A stretch of 64,000 nucleotides of DNA from contig OY969474.1 of the NCBI GenBank assembly GCA_963700145.1, forward strand, positions 2,176,001 to 2,240,000. Direction: 5' to 3'. The position numbers and the translations under genes were made by a program. This document shows, piece after piece, positions 30,751 through 44,611 of the stretch (position 1 is its first letter; every line of letters begins with the position of its first letter). The notes under the pieces are model-generated. The model was not told the DNA's origin and did no database searches. It saw only the letters and a list, made by a program, of their open reading frames with translations. The stretch is from an uncultured Acidobacteriota bacterium (GTDB lineage: Bacteria; Acidobacteriota; Thermoanaerobaculia; Multivoradales; UBA5704).

Positions 30751-32247
30751 CTACTCCTCGGTCTCTCCCTCCTCCGCTGCCGCCTCGGCCGGCGGCAGGG
30801 GCTCGGCCTTCCGCAGGTCGGCGAGGCGGTCGCGGACCTGTTGGGCGCTATCGGCGGGGAGGAGGAGCACGACGTCGCGGCCGGAGGCGCGGGCGGGGAC
30901 GAGGCCTTCGGCGGTCGGCGGGTAGAGGGTCAGCGTCTCGCCCTTCGGCGGGCCGCCGTTGAGGACGATCGTGAGGACCGGCCGGTCGAGCGCGATCCCG
31001 GCCGCGCGCGCCTCCTCGACGGTGAGCAGCCGGTCGGCCTTGGCGCCGAGGGCGGCGAAGAGGAGGTCGGAGACGGCGGTGAAGGAGATCAGGTCCTTGC
31101 CGCGCTTCCAGTCGGTGTCGGCGCGCACCACCTCGACCGTGCCGGCGGGGTCGGTGAAGCGGGCGCGGTCCACCTCGAAGACCTCGAGCCCGCTCCAGAC
31201 GTGCGAGCGCCAGGCGCGCGGCTCGCGCGCCACCGCATCGTCCAGGTCGTTGCGGGCGGCGAAGACCTGGCCACCGACGCGGGTCGCGGTGAGCCCCCCG
31301 GGGCCGGTCGTCCCCAGCTCGATGCGCGCCGGCGGCGTGCCGCCCGAGAACGTCACCTCGAGGACCCCGCGCGGCGGCGCGAGCCCGTACTCGGCGGCCC
31401 GCCCGCGCTCCAGGAAGCTCTCGGCGCGCAGGTTGGTCAGGTCGGAGAGCAGGCCGTCGGCGAGGTCGCGGTCGGCGCGGTCGGCGGCCGGCTGCGCGAG
31501 CCGGAAGTCCTCCCCGTCCTTGACCAGGACGACCGGCGGCACCCCGGGGCCGGCGCGCAGGGCGATGCGCTGGACGTCCGCCCGCTCGCCGGGAAACATC
31601 TCGCGGCCGCGCCACTCCGCCGGCGGGCGCTGGAGGTCGGTCAGGACCGTGTCGTCGACGACGTAGGCCTCGTCCTCGCCGGGCGGGCCGACCACGACCT
31701 TCGCGCCGGTCGGCACCGCGGCGCCGATCGCCAGCTCCTTCGTGCCTTCCTCGGTCTCCAGCCGGATGCGGCCGCGCGGCTTCGCCAAGCCCACATCGCC
31801 GAGCTTCACCTCTTCCAGCGTGCGCGCCTTCTCGAGCGCAAGGAGAGCTTCGAGGAGGCGCGCCACCGCCGCCGGGTCGGCCTCGACGACCTCGCCGTCG
31901 AAGCGTGGCCGCGCGATCCGCCAGCGCTCCTCGACGACGGGCTCCTCCAGCTCGGCTCCCTCCTCGCCCTCGTCCTCGTCGTCCGCGCCTTCCTCGTCCG
32001 TCTCTTCGCCGTCGCCGTCCTTCTTCTCCGCCGCCTTCTTCTCCGGCTCCGGCACCCGCTCGAGCCGCACGCTCCGCCCCTGCCACTGGAGCTCCACCGC
32101 CCGCACGTCCTCCTCCTCGACGCGGAAGACCTTCTTCGCCAGCTCCGCGCGCTCGGTGCTCGACGGCAGCTCGCGCTCGTAGAACCAGATGAAGGCGCCG
32201 AGCGAGGCGACGACGACGAGGAGCGCGAGGAGCGTGCGCGGCTTCAT
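30751..32247 (-). CDS. DUF4340-domain protein
   Basis: N-terminal TM, repeated (Y)GL..P motifs; last gene of the Gld-like ABC operon. Confidence 0.8.
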   Translation of the reverse strand: MKPRTLLALLVVVASLGAFIWFYERELPSSTERAELAKKVFRVEEEDVRAVELQWQGRSVRLERVPEPEKKAAEKKDGDGEETDEEGADDEDEGEEGAELEEPVVEERWRIARPRFDGEVVEADPAAVARLLEALLALEKARTLEEVKLGDVGLAKPRGRIRLETEEGTKELAIGAAVPTGAKVVVGPPGEDEAYVVDDTVLTDLQRPPAEWRGREMFPGERADVQRIALRAGPGVPPVVLVKDGEDFRLAQPAADRADRDLADGLLSDLTNLRAESFLERGRAAEYGLAPPRGVLEVTFSGGTPPARIELGTTGPGGLTATRVGGQVFAARNDLDDAVAREPRAWRSHVWSGLEVFEVDRARFTDPAGTVEVVRADTDWKRGKDLISFTAVSDLLFAALGAKADRLLTVEEARAAGIALDRPVLTIVLNGGPPKGETLTLYPPTAEGLVPARASGRDVVLLLPADSAQQVRDRLADLRKAEPLPPAEAAAEEGETEE

Positions 32248-32256
32248 GCGGGCGGC

Positions 32257-33741
32257 CTAGCGGCGGCGGCGCAGCGCGATCCAGATCCCGGTCGTCGCGG
32301 CGAGGATCGGCAGCCCGAGGACGGCCAAGAGCACGACGCCGCGGAGCTGCGCGCCGGTCAGATTCAAGTGCACCTGCTCGGTCTTCTTGGGCGGGATGCC
32401 CAGGAGCGCCTCGCGCTCGACCAGCCAGTTGAGGGCGTTGGTCAAGAGCACCGTGTTGCCGACGTTGGCCTGGAGGAGCTGGTTGGCGGCGAAGTCGGAG
32501 TCGCCGAAGACGACGAGGCGCATCGTCTTCGCGCCGCCCGCAGTAGCGGCGGCCGCGGCGGCCTCGGCGCCGGCCGACTCGACCGCCACCCCGACCGGCA
32601 CCGGCCCGGCGACGTCGGCCGCGTCCTTCGCCACCTGCTCGAGCGCCGCGAGGTTGGTCTCCCCCCAGCCGGCCTCGGTCGTCTCGAGGAGGTTGGTGAC
32701 GGTGAAACCGGCGGCGGCCCCCTCCCCCACCGAGCGGGCGAGCGCGAAGAGCACCGGCAGGTTCCCCTCCGCCAGCGGGCGGACGATCGGCTGGTCGCCG
32801 AAGCGGTTGGCGAAGAAGCTCTCGGCGCCGAAGAAGGGGAGCGTGTTGCCCGGATCGACGACGATGTCCTCCCCCACCTTCACCCCGAAGCCGGCGAGCC
32901 AGGGGCCGAGGCCGGTGTCCACGAGGCCGGCACCGCCCAGCGTCGGGTCGAGGAGCACCAGCATGCGCCCGCCGCCGGCGAGGTAGCGGCCGAGGATGTC
33001 CAGCTCCGGCGGCACGAAGCTGCCGGTGGGGCCGGCGACGACCAGCAGGTCGGTTCCCGCCGGCACCGCCGGCTTGCCGAGCGGCGACCACTCCTCGATC
33101 TCGAAGTTGTCGCGGCCGAGGAGCTGCTGCGCCGTCGAGAGGCCGCGGGCGCCGACGTCGTCGAGGCGCGCCTCGCCGTGGCCGGTGGTGACCAGGACCT
33201 TCGGCTTCCGCCCCTCGGCGAGCTGGAGGACGGCGCTGGTCACCGCCTGCTCCCCCTTGAAGGCGCCGACCCGCGCCTCGCCCCCCATCTGCAGGGCCGA
33301 GAAGTCCATCTCCGCGAGCTCCGAGGCGTCGATCACCCGCTTGTCGCCGCCGCTCGCCACGACCACGCTGGCGCCGGTGATCTCGTACCTCTGGACCAGC
33401 TGCTGCGCCTCGACCGGGTTCTTCTCCGGGTCGATGACCCGCACGCGCACGCGGGGCGAGGCGGCTTCGTAGCGGCTGAGGAGCTCCCGCGTCGGCTCGT
33501 ACAGCTCGTCCTGGGGCGACAGGAACACCAGCACCTCGACGTCCTTGTCGAGGTCGGCGAGGACGTTCTTGCTCTTCTCCGACAGCGAGTAGAGCCGCGT
33601 CTCGGTCCAGTCGAAGCGCTTGTAGTACTTGCCGCCGAAGTAGTTGACGATGACGAGGAGGGCGGCGACGAGGAGCACGCCGGCGCCCAGGGTGCCGGTG
33701 CGCAGCAGGCCGCGGCGGGTCGACTCTTCCAGCCGGGCCAT
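32257..33741 (-). CDS. GldG-family ABC auxiliary component
   Basis: RFDWTETRLYSLS, TGHGE, LVVAGP, RLVVFGDSDF, NALNWL. Confidence 0.88.
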   Translation of the reverse strand: MARLEESTRRGLLRTGTLGAGVLLVAALLVIVNYFGGKYYKRFDWTETRLYSLSEKSKNVLADLDKDVEVLVFLSPQDELYEPTRELLSRYEAASPRVRVRVIDPEKNPVEAQQLVQRYEITGASVVVASGGDKRVIDASELAEMDFSALQMGGEARVGAFKGEQAVTSAVLQLAEGRKPKVLVTTGHGEARLDDVGARGLSTAQQLLGRDNFEIEEWSPLGKPAVPAGTDLLVVAGPTGSFVPPELDILGRYLAGGGRMLVLLDPTLGGAGLVDTGLGPWLAGFGVKVGEDIVVDPGNTLPFFGAESFFANRFGDQPIVRPLAEGNLPVLFALARSVGEGAAAGFTVTNLLETTEAGWGETNLAALEQVAKDAADVAGPVPVGVAVESAGAEAAAAAATAGGAKTMRLVVFGDSDFAANQLLQANVGNTVLLTNALNWLVEREALLGIPPKKTEQVHLNLTGAQLRGVVLLAVLGLPILAATTGIWIALRRRR

Positions 33742-33743
33742 GC

Positions 33744-34480
33744 CTACCTCCACTTCCGCGCTTCGAGGGCGCGGCTGGTCAGGAAGAGGAAGAAGAGGGT
33801 GGCCGACAGGTAGTAGATCAGCCGCCGGCTGTCGACGACGCCGCGCGCGAACTCGTCCATGTGGCTCCAGAGGTTCAAGTAGCCGAAGACCGTCTTGGCG
33901 GTCTCGCCGCTCAGCAGGTTCTCGAGCAGGCCGAAGCTGAAGAGCAGGATGAGGAGCGCGAAGGTGACGATCGCCGCCACGAGCTGGCTCCTGGTCATCG
34001 CCGAGGCGAACAGCCCGACCGCCAGGAAGAGCGCGCCGATCCCCAGGATCCCCAGGTAGCCGGCGGCGACCGGCCCCCAGTCCACCTCGCTGTGGTAGGC
34101 GATGATCCCGGCGTAGGCCAGGGTCGGAAGCCAGAGGAAGAGGTAGAAGGTGAGGGCCGCCAGGTACTTGCCAGCCACCACCTCGCCTTCGGTGACCGGC
34201 GCCGTCATCAGCACCTCGATCGAGCCGCTGCGCAGCTCCTCGGAAAGCAGGCGCATGGTCAGCACCGGCCCCAGGAAGAGGAGCGTCAGCCAGAAGAAGA
34301 GGGTGCCGCCGAAGAAGAGCTCGAGCGGCGGGCCGCCCGGGGCGCGCGGGTCGTTCAGGAACGAGACGATCATCGCGAAGATGAAGCCGTTGATGAGCAG
34401 GAAGAAGAAGAGGACCACCCACGCGAGCGGCGAGAAGAAGTAGGCCCGCAGCTCGCGCAGGTAGGTCGCCAGGACCGCCC

Positions 34481-34484
<4 letters not shown>
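33744..34484 (-). CDS. GldF-like ABC-2 permease
   Basis: RELRAYFFSP, TMRLLSEE.RSGSIE.LMT.P. Confidence 0.9.
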
Positions 34485-35491
<1,007 letters not shown>

Positions 35492-35617
35492 CGGGCTCCC
35501 CTAGAAAAACGGCTCTCGCGCAGTCGCAAGAGCGGCGAAGTTATACCCGGCCCGGGGCCGGGAGAGCAAACCCGGGAGTTTCTTGCTGCGGCCCGCTCGA
35601 TGATCTAGGATCGTGAC

Positions 35618-35848
35618 ATGTCACGGAAGCCTGCCCCTTCCTCACCGCTTCCCGATCGCACCCGCGCCAGAAGCTACCGGGAACGCATGCGCGCCGCGGG
35701 GCTGCGTCAGGTTCAGGTGTGGGTCCCGGATACGAAGGCCCCTTCCTTCGCCAAGAAACTGCGCCGCCAGATCGCCCTGCTCCAAGGGAAGCCCGAGGAG
35801 CGCGAAGCGCTCGATTTCATCGAGGCCGTTCAGGACTCGGCTGATTGA
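35618..35848 (+). CDS. MazE-like antitoxin (DUF3018 type)
   Basis: YRERMRAAGLRQVQVWVPD. Confidence 0.85.
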   Translation: MSRKPAPSSPLPDRTRARSYRERMRAAGLRQVQVWVPDTKAPSFAKKLRRQIALLQGKPEEREALDFIEAVQDSAD

Positions 35849-36180
35849 GGCTCCGCCGCGGCGACATCGTCACGGTGGCCGCACCGGGCGACTACGGCAA
35901 GCCGCGTCCCGCCGTCGTGATCCAAACAGACGCGCTGAACGAAGCGGAAAGTGAAGGCGTGGTGCTGGCGCTGATGACGGGCACGCTACGCGCCGCCCCG
36001 CTTCTGCGCCTGACCGTGGAACCGCTGCCAGAGACCGGACTGAGCAAGCCCACGCAAGTCATGGTCGACAAACTGACCACCGTCCGGCTGGAGAGGATCG
36101 GCAACGTCATCGGCCGTCTGCCTGAGCGAGACTTGGTGGCGCTCAACCGCCTCCTCGCGTTCGTGATCGGGCTCACCTGA
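35845..36180 (+). CDS. PemK/MazF-family toxin
   Basis: RGDIV...GDYGKPRPAVVIQ, GL.KP..VMVDK. Confidence 0.92.
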   Translation: MRLRRGDIVTVAAPGDYGKPRPAVVIQTDALNEAESEGVVLALMTGTLRAAPLLRLTVEPLPETGLSKPTQVMVDKLTTVRLERIGNVIGRLPERDLVALNRLLAFVIGLT

Positions 36181-36188
36181 GCTTGCCG

Positions 36189-36672
36189 TCCCTGCCGCGC
36201 GGGGCGGATAGTGCCGCGTGAGATGCCGGGCCACCCGGCCCGCGAAGAGGCGCGCCCGCTGCGCGGGTCCTGGTTGGGACGGGCGGTGGCTGGTTAGCGG
36301 ATGGGGGCTTCGGCGCTAACGCACGGTGGCCCCTTCACCCGAACGCGCCGCTTCGCGGGCCTCTGGCCCGGCACATCACGCGGCGCCATGACTCGAATCT
36401 CTGAAGTAACGTCGCCCCACCCGGATGCCTCGCTGCGCTCGGCAAGAGCACCGCAGTGGCTCCACCAGCGGTGCTAGGGCCCGCAGGTCTCCGGAGCGCC
36501 GGGCGCTCCGTCCGCTCCCCCTCGCAGGCCACCGTGCGAGGCGACGAAGGAAAGACCGTGTTTGCCGGCAACGCCCCTCTGTACCAGCACGCGCAGCGCG
36601 GACACCAAGGAGCGCCCGGCGCGGAGGAGAGCCTGCGGGACCCCACACCGGAACGGCCGCAGCAAGCCTCTT
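36189..36672. repeat. Composite structured intergenic repeat, copy 1
   Basis: Close match to 41010-41510; two long self-complementary modules around a REP remnant. Confidence 0.9.
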
Positions 36673-36696
36673 GGGCGGGGGCTGTATGCTCCCGCC

Positions 36697-36999
36697 ATGG
36701 CGGAGAAGGACAAGGCATCGGGGATGAAGTCGGCCTACGAGCTGGCGCTCGAGCGGATGGAGAGCCAGGGGATCGAGCGGCCGCGCGAGGAGGCGCTGTC
36801 GGAGGACGTGCGGGCGCGGATGGGGGAAGCGCGGCGGCAGGCCGAGGCCAAGCTCGCGGAGCTCGAGATCCTGCACCAGAACCGCCTCAAGACCGTCTGG
36901 GAACCGGACAAGCGGCAGGAGGCGGAGGAGGAGTACGTGCGCGAGCGGCGGCGGATCGAGGCCGAGCGCGACAAGAAGATCGAGAAGCTCAGGAAGTAG
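36697..36999 (+). CDS. Hypothetical helical protein
   Basis: MAEKDKASGMKSAYELALER...; charged and helical, with host-like codon usage. Confidence 0.75.
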   Translation: MAEKDKASGMKSAYELALERMESQGIERPREEALSEDVRARMGEARRQAEAKLAELEILHQNRLKTVWEPDKRQEAEEEYVRERRRIEAERDKKIEKLRK

Positions 37000-38971
37000 C
37001 CGCCTCCGCCCCGCGCTCCAGCACGCCGAAGGCGCTCTCCACCTCGGCGTGGCTCCCCACCAGCACCAGGACGTCCCCCGGCTCCAGCACCACCTCGGCG
37101 GGCGGGTTGGTCTGCGACCGCTCGCCGCGCACCACGGCGATGACCGTCGCGCCGCTCCGCCGCCGCAGGTCGAGGTCGAGGAGCGACTTCCCCGCCGCCG
37201 CGCTCGTCGCCGTCACCCGGAAGAGGTCGGTCGTCCCCGCGGCCAGCAGCTCCAGGACCGCCTGCGAGACGTCGCCGGCGGCGCTCGGAGAGCGCAGCAT
37301 GGCGTAGCGCTCGCCGCGCAGCGCCCGGGTCTCGGCGCGGATGACGTTGGCCGGCACGTGGTAGCGCGCCAGGACGCGGGTGAAGATCTCGATCGAGGTC
37401 TCGAACTCCTCGGCGATCACCTCGTCGGCGCCGGCGCGGTGGAGGGCGTCGATCTCGGAGACCATCCGGGTGCGCACGATGATGTGGACCGCCGGGGAGA
37501 GCTGGCGGGCGAGGGTCACGGCGCGCAGCACGGCGAGGAGGTCGGAGATGGCGAAGACCACGACGCTCGCCCGCTCGACGCCGGCGCGCTCCAGGATGTC
37601 GCGGCGGGTGGCGTCGCCGAAGAGGACCGGATCGCCCGCCGCCCGCGCCCGCCGCAGCCCTTCGGCGGCGAGCTCCAGCACGACGAACGGGATCCCCGCG
37701 GCGCGCAGGACGCGCGCCAGGTTGCGGCCGGAGAGGCCGTAACCGACGACGACGACGTGCCCGCTCGGGCCGTCGGGCGCCAGGCCCTCGCCCGCCGCGG
37801 CCGTCCCGCGCCCGCGGCCCCACGCCGCCCAGCGCGGCGCCAGCGCGATCAGCACCGGCGTCGCCACCATGGTCAGGATCGAGGCGGCGATGAAGGTCTG
37901 GTAGACGCCGGGGTCGACCAGGCCGTGCTCCTGCCCGACGCGCAGCAGCACGAAGGAGAACTCCCCCACCTGCGCCAGCGCCGCGGCCACGAGGACGACG
38001 ATCCGCCAGGCGTAGCCGAGGAGCGCCACCGCCGCCCCGGTCGCCACCGCCTTGAGCGCCAGGACCGCCGCCGCGATCCCCAGCACCTGCCAGGGGTGGG
38101 ACAGAGCGTAGCCGAGGTCGAGCAGCATGCCGATCGAGATGAAGAAGAGGCTGTTGAAGACGTCGCGGAAGGGGACGATCTCGGCCTCGACCTGCGGGCT
38201 GTAGTGCGACTCCGAGATGATGATGCCGGCGATGAAGGCGCCGAGGGCGAGCGAGAACTCCAGCCGCTCGGTCAGGAGCGCGAAGCCCAGGCAGGCGAAG
38301 AGGGCGCCGAGCACCAGGACCTCGCGGATGCCGGTACGCACCATGACCTCGAGGAGGCGCGGCATGAGATACCGCGCCACCCAGAAGACGGCGCCGACGG
38401 CGAGGAGCGCCAGGGTGAAGCGGAGGGCGATCGCCGCCGGCGAGGCCTGCACCGAGCCGGCCAGGATCGGCGTCAGCACGATCATCGGCACCAGCAGGAA
38501 GTCCTGGAAGAGGAGGATGCCGAGCACCAGCTTCCCCTGCGGCGCGTCGAGCTCCCGCCGCTCGGCGTAAAGCTTCAGGACGATCGCCGTGCTGCTGAGC
38601 GCCGCGAGGAAGCCGAGGAAGAGGGCGCGCGGCGGGCCGGTGCCGGCGAGGACGGCGATCAGGGTGACGGCGCCGATGGTCAAGAACGACTGCAGCGAGC
38701 CGCCGAGGAAGAAGGCGCGGCGGATCTGGCGCAGGCGGTCGAGCGAGAACTCGAGGCCGACGGCGAAGAGGAGGAAGATGACGCCGATCTCGGCGAAGAG
38801 CTCGACGCGGCGCAGGTCGGAGACCAGCGCGAGCCCCGAAGGGCCGATGAGGACGCCGGTCAGCAGGAAGCCGACGACCGGCGGGATGCGCAGGCGGTGG
38901 CTCGCCAGCAGGACGGCGACGGCCGCCCCGAGGATGGCGACCGCCTCCTGCAGGAACTCGTGGACTTCCAC
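36989..38971 (-). CDS. CPA2 (Kef-type) cation:proton antiporter with TrkA-N and TrkA-C domains
   Basis: AEIGVIFLLF.VGLE, LSSTAIVLK, FQD, QVGEFSFVL, GYG..G, GDAT. Confidence 0.92.
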   Translation of the reverse strand: MEVHEFLQEAVAILGAAVAVLLASHRLRIPPVVGFLLTGVLIGPSGLALVSDLRRVELFAEIGVIFLLFAVGLEFSLDRLRQIRRAFFLGGSLQSFLTIGAVTLIAVLAGTGPPRALFLGFLAALSSTAIVLKLYAERRELDAPQGKLVLGILLFQDFLLVPMIVLTPILAGSVQASPAAIALRFTLALLAVGAVFWVARYLMPRLLEVMVRTGIREVLVLGALFACLGFALLTERLEFSLALGAFIAGIIISESHYSPQVEAEIVPFRDVFNSLFFISIGMLLDLGYALSHPWQVLGIAAAVLALKAVATGAAVALLGYAWRIVVLVAAALAQVGEFSFVLLRVGQEHGLVDPGVYQTFIAASILTMVATPVLIALAPRWAAWGRGRGTAAAGEGLAPDGPSGHVVVVGYGLSGRNLARVLRAAGIPFVVLELAAEGLRRARAAGDPVLFGDATRRDILERAGVERASVVVFAISDLLAVLRAVTLARQLSPAVHIIVRTRMVSEIDALHRAGADEVIAEEFETSIEIFTRVLARYHVPANVIRAETRALRGERYAMLRSPSAAGDVSQAVLELLAAGTTDLFRVTATSAAAGKSLLDLDLRRRSGATVIAVVRGERSQTNPPAEVVLEPGDVLVLVGSHAEVESAFGVLERGAEAATS

Positions 38972-38980
38972 CCGGGCCGC

Positions 38981-39346
38981 CTAGTAGGGCATCTCGTCTT
39001 CGTCGAGCCCGAAGTGGTGCCCCAGCTCGTGGATGACGGTGTCGCGCACCTCGCGGATCACCTCGCGGCGGGAGGTGCAGGCGCGCAGGATCGGACCGCG
39101 GTAGATGGCGATGCGGTCGGGGAGGGCGGAGTATGCGGTGTCGCGCTCGGCGAGCGAGACGCCCTGGTAGAGGCCGAAGAGCTCCTCCTCGTCGGGGTCG
39201 AGCCCCATCGCCTCGAGGTCCTCCGGGTCGACCTCCTCCTCGACGACGACGGCGACGTTCTCGAGCAGCTCGGCGAACTCCTCCGGCAGGCCGTCGATGG
39301 CCTTCGCCACCAGCTCCTCGAACTCCTCGGGCGGCACCCGCATCAT
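38981..39346 (-). CDS. Minimal zincin metallopeptidase family protein
   Basis: LFGLYQG, PDRIAIYR.PI, HELGHHFG. Confidence 0.88.
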   Translation of the reverse strand: MMRVPPEEFEELVAKAIDGLPEEFAELLENVAVVVEEEVDPEDLEAMGLDPDEEELFGLYQGVSLAERDTAYSALPDRIAIYRGPILRACTSRREVIREVRDTVIHELGHHFGLDEDEMPY

Positions 39347-39351
39347 CGCGG

Positions 39352-40983
39352 TCAGTCGCCGCCCGTCTCGCGGTGCTCGCCGAACACCCGCCGCAGGCCG
39401 TCGGCGATCTCGCCTAACGTCACCTCGGCGCGCACGCAGTCGAGGATCGGCGGCAGGAGGTTCGCGTCCTCGCCGGCCGCGCGCTCGAGGGCCGCCACGG
39501 TCGCCGCCGCGCGGGCGCCGTCGCGCCGCGCGCGCAGGGCGACGAGGCGCGCCACCTGCTCGCGTTCCATCGCCGGGTCGACCACCAGCATCTCCGCCGG
39601 CGCCCCGTCGTCCTCGGTGAAGTCGTTGACGCCGACGACCTTGGCGCGCCCCTCCTCGACCGCGAGCTGGTGGGCGTAGGCCGCGTCGGCGATCTCGCGC
39701 TGCGGGAAGCCGCGCTCGAGGGCGGCGAGCGCGCCGCCCATCTCGTCGATCCGCCGGATGTAGTCGCGGGCGCGGGCGGCGATCTCGTCGGTCCAGGCCT
39801 CGATCACCCAGCTGCCGCCGAGCGGGTCGGCGGTCTGCGCGACGCCGCTCTCGTGGGCGATCACCTGCTGGGTGCGCAGGGCGAGGCGCGCCGCCCCCTC
39901 GGTGGGCAGCCCCAGCGCCTCGTCGAGGGCGTTGGTGTGGAGCGACTGGGTGCCGCCACAGACCGCGGCGAGCGCCTGGATCGCCACCCGCACGACGTTG
40001 TTCTGCGGCTGTTGCGCGGTCAGGGTCGAGCCGGCCGTCTGGGTGTGGAAGCGGAGCCAGCAGGAGCGCGGGTCCTTGGGGGCGAAGCGCTCGCGCACCA
40101 GCTCGGCCCACAGCCGCCGGGCGGCGCGGAACTTCGCCACCTCCTCGAGGAAGTTGTTGTGGGCGTTGAAGAAGAAGGAGACGCGCGGAGCGAAGGCGTC
40201 GATGTCGAGGCCGCGGGCGAGCGCCGCCTCGACGTAGGCCAGGCCGTGCGCCAGGGTGAAGGCGACCTCTTGGGCCGCGGTCGAGCCGGCCTCGCGCATG
40301 TGGTAGCCGGAGACCGAGATCGGGTTCCAGCGCGGCACGCGCTCGGCGCTGAAGGCGATCAGGTCGGTGACCAGCTTGAGCGACGGCCCCGGCGGGTAGA
40401 TGTAGGTGCCGCGCGCGACGAACTCCTTGAAGATGTCGTTCTGCACCGTGCCGCCGACCTTCTCCCAGGGCACGCCCTGCTCCTCGGCGACGACGAGGTA
40501 GAGGCCGAGGAGGATGGAGGCGGTGGCGTTGATGGTCATCGAGGTGGTGACGCGGTCGAGGGGGATGCCGTCGAAGAGGCGCCGCATGTCGTCGATCGAG
40601 TCGATCGCCACACCGACGCGGCCGACCTCGCCCTTCGCCAGCGGGTGGTCGGAGTCGTAGCCGATCTGGGTCGGCAGGTCGAAGGCGACGGAGAGGCCGG
40701 TGGTGCCCTGCGCCAGGAGGTAGCGGTAGCGGCGGTTGGACTCGGCGGCGTCGGCGTAGCCGGCGTACTGGCGCATGGTCCAGGGGCGCCGGCGGTACAT
40801 CTCCGGATGGATGCCGCGCGTGTAGGGGAAGCGGCCGGGGTCGGCGATCTCCGTGTCGTAGTCGATGCCGGCGACGTCGGCCGGGCGGTAGGTGGGTTGG
40901 ATCGGGATGCCGGAGGTGGTCGAGAGGTCGGCTGTCGATTCCGGCGCGGTGGGCGCCGTGGCCGGCTTCGTCTCCGCAGCCAT
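39352..40983 (-). CDS. Methylmalonyl-CoA mutase, large (substrate-binding) subunit
   Basis: [48 protein letters not shown]; no B12-binding domain. Confidence 0.93.
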   Translation of the reverse strand: MAAETKPATAPTAPESTADLSTTSGIPIQPTYRPADVAGIDYDTEIADPGRFPYTRGIHPEMYRRRPWTMRQYAGYADAAESNRRYRYLLAQGTTGLSVAFDLPTQIGYDSDHPLAKGEVGRVGVAIDSIDDMRRLFDGIPLDRVTTSMTINATASILLGLYLVVAEEQGVPWEKVGGTVQNDIFKEFVARGTYIYPPGPSLKLVTDLIAFSAERVPRWNPISVSGYHMREAGSTAAQEVAFTLAHGLAYVEAALARGLDIDAFAPRVSFFFNAHNNFLEEVAKFRAARRLWAELVRERFAPKDPRSCWLRFHTQTAGSTLTAQQPQNNVVRVAIQALAAVCGGTQSLHTNALDEALGLPTEGAARLALRTQQVIAHESGVAQTADPLGGSWVIEAWTDEIAARARDYIRRIDEMGGALAALERGFPQREIADAAYAHQLAVEEGRAKVVGVNDFTEDDGAPAEMLVVDPAMEREQVARLVALRARRDGARAAATVAALERAAGEDANLLPPILDCVRAEVTLGEIADGLRRVFGEHRETGGD

Positions 40984-41009
40984 GTTGGCATTATAAGAGT
41001 CCCCCACCC

Positions 41010-41510
41010 TCCCTCCCGCGCGGGGCGGATAGTGCCGCGTGAGATGCCGCGCCACCGGCCCGCGAAGAGGCGCGCCCGCTGCGCGGGTCCTGGTTGAGGG
41101 GGATAGTGGCTGGGTTAGCGGGCGCCGGCTTCGGCGCTAACGCATGGTGGCCCCTTCACCCGAACGCGCCGCTTCGCGGGCCTCTGGCCCGGCACATCAC
41201 GCGGCGCCATGACTCGAACCTCTGAAGTGACGTCCTGCTGAGGAAACACCCTCTCCTGTCATCCTGAGCGAGAGCTCGGGATGACATGGGCAGGGGCTCC
41301 ACCGGCGGTTCTAGGGCCCGCAGGTCTCTGGAGCGCCGGGCGCTCCGTCCGCTCCCCCATGGCAGGCCACCGTGCGAGGCGGCGAAGGCACGAGCGTGCT
41401 TGCCAGCAAGAGCGGTCTGTACCAGCACGCGAAGCGCGGACACCAAGGAGCGCCCGGCGCGGAGGAGAGCCTGCGGGACCCCACACCGGAACGGCCGCAG
41501 CAAGCCTCTT
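41010..41510. repeat. Composite structured intergenic repeat, copy 2
   Basis: Direct repeat of 36189-36672; contains TGTCATCCTGAGCGAGAGCTCGGGATGACA at 41257-41286. Confidence 0.9.
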
Positions 41511-41533
41511 TTTCTTGGGGTTGCGCCAGCCGC

Positions 41534-44359
<2,826 letters not shown>

Positions 44360-44448
44360 GGGTCACGCGCCTCCAAGTCTTGATCAGGACAGGGGATTTT
44401 TCCGGGTGTCAAGCGTAGCGCCGCGCGCGGCCGGGGTCAAGGCCGAAA

Positions 44449-44496
44449 CCACAAGATGTAGCGGTGACCCCAGTCATCGCTCACTATATGTGGTTT
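44449..44496. promoter_or_regulatory. Tandem NrdR boxes upstream of nrdJ
   Basis: CCACAAGATGTAGCGG (44449) and TCACTATATGTGGTTT (44481), 32 bp apart, resemble the NrdR-box consensus. Confidence 0.75.
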
Positions 44497-44611
44497 TCCT
44501 TCTTACAGCTCCACACGTTCTCCACACCATTTCCGCGGACGGATTTACAGCCCCCCCGGGACCGCCCGCGTTGCAACGACGACACGGAGCCGTCACGACA
44601 TTGCCGGCCGG

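Noticed and set aside
36335-36876. ORFs inside the composite repeats (also 41156-41598)
   Set aside because: Starts and frames are not conserved between the two copies, and conservation follows base pairing rather than codons.
41010-41510. Cobalamin riboswitch upstream of methylmalonyl-CoA mutase
   Set aside because: No B12-box or GGGAA core was recognised, and the same element occurs at 36189 next to unrelated genes.
36189-41510. Composite transposon bounded by the two repeats
   Set aside because: No transposase or target duplication, and the enclosed genes are host-like housekeeping genes.
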